Positions 63,219-64,000 of a stretch of DNA of 64,000 nucleotides are shown piece by piece. A model generated the notes under the pieces. The model ran no database searches, was not told the DNA's origin, and saw only the letters and a program-made list of their open reading frames with translations. Origin of the DNA: Fistulifera solaris. Its lineage: Eukaryota. Location: contig AP026139.1 in assembly GCA_030295235.1 (NCBI GenBank), positions 496,001 to 560,000 on the forward strand, read 5' to 3'. Both the position numbers and the translations under genes were made by a program. How positions within the stretch are numbered: the stretch's first letter is position 1; the number at the start of each line of letters is the position of its first letter.

Positions 63219-64000
63219 TTACGCAATGCCTACGGCAAGCCTCTGCCGACGAGGACCCTCAATTGTTTGTGACGGGTACGACTCCTTTTCTGAACCGCAA
63301 AGATTCGAATCCGTTTGCTCCTGATCGAACTTCACAGGCTCCCTACGTGCACTGGACTTGTTACGACCGCCAAAAATCAACAACGCCATTGCAGTGCTGT
63401 CAAACCATTTATCAAATGATCCAAACGGATCCTGAAACACTCCGCTGGAGAACTAAACAAAAAGGGCCTTCGAAGTTTGATAAGAAAGACTTTTTGCAGT
63501 ACTGTACCAAGAATCTACGACCGATACCGAATTCTCCCCATCCTCCTGGACCTAGGGCTCGCTATACACTCGTCCGAGTACCGGAAGGAACGAAACTAAA
63601 CATTCGCAATTGGTCTCAAATATTCGGGTCGGCTACCGAAAGTAGAGTTCCTACTCACCAGTGGTCTTCCGATGACGTGATCTCACCGATTGCCCCATCC
63701 CGGAAAGCCAGGCAATTATTTCTTCCGAGCAAAGAAGAAGAAGACGAACGTATCTCGTCGTCCCCAGCAACCTTTAGTGCCCAATTACAGACGGTCTTTG
63801 TCGCCGATGAAGACTATGACACCAAACGGTACCTCCGACATACATTGACTACACCAGCACTGTCCGAAACATCGGTTACCATCGAAATGCAATTATTATT
63901 GTTTCTTCCCGAAGGGGTCGCTTTGGGGAAACAAAGTCGCGGCGTGACTCCTTGTATCACAAAGGGATGCGAAGTCGAGACTCGCACGGCGTTATCCACC
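63219..64000 (-). CDS. Possible 3' end of a gene entering from the window edge
   Basis: Short coding-like minus-strand ORFs at 63219-63440 and 63814-63999. No domain recognised. Confidence 0.25.

Overview
Gene-dense eukaryotic nuclear DNA, most likely from a pennate diatom. This is inferred from short GT-AG introns, ASAF-type bipartite plastid presequences and diatom-style gene families. Positions 1-47 kb hold about 30 mostly housekeeping or metabolic genes, including RPB6, COX19, an Rtt106/SSRP1-like PH protein, glycosyltransferases, a membrane alpha-carbonic anhydrase, PDX1, plastid PGM/PMM, WDR46/UTP7, TPR and ankyrin proteins, a cationic amino acid transporter, TFB2, Mini-RNase III, CCT6, NAC-alpha and an Elongin-B-like protein. 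Many are split by single-base indels in homopolymers, which I read as long-read assembly errors. Positions 47.6-60.4 kb are a tandem array of three paralogous genes with an acidic disordered N-terminus, one TM helix and FG-GAP beta-propeller(s). The middle copy is a pseudogene truncated by a 5'-truncated CRE-like (RT plus restriction-like endonuclease) non-LTR retrotransposon. The 46-bp hairpin-forming 3' terminus of that retroelement recurs perfectly at 23.85 kb and partially at 26.09 kb, each time downstream of a TPR gene. A 331-bp MITE with 17-bp TIRs and an 8-bp TSD lies in the TFB2 divergent promoter. No rRNA, tRNA or CRISPR array was recognised. All family calls come from motif recognition by eye, not database searches.
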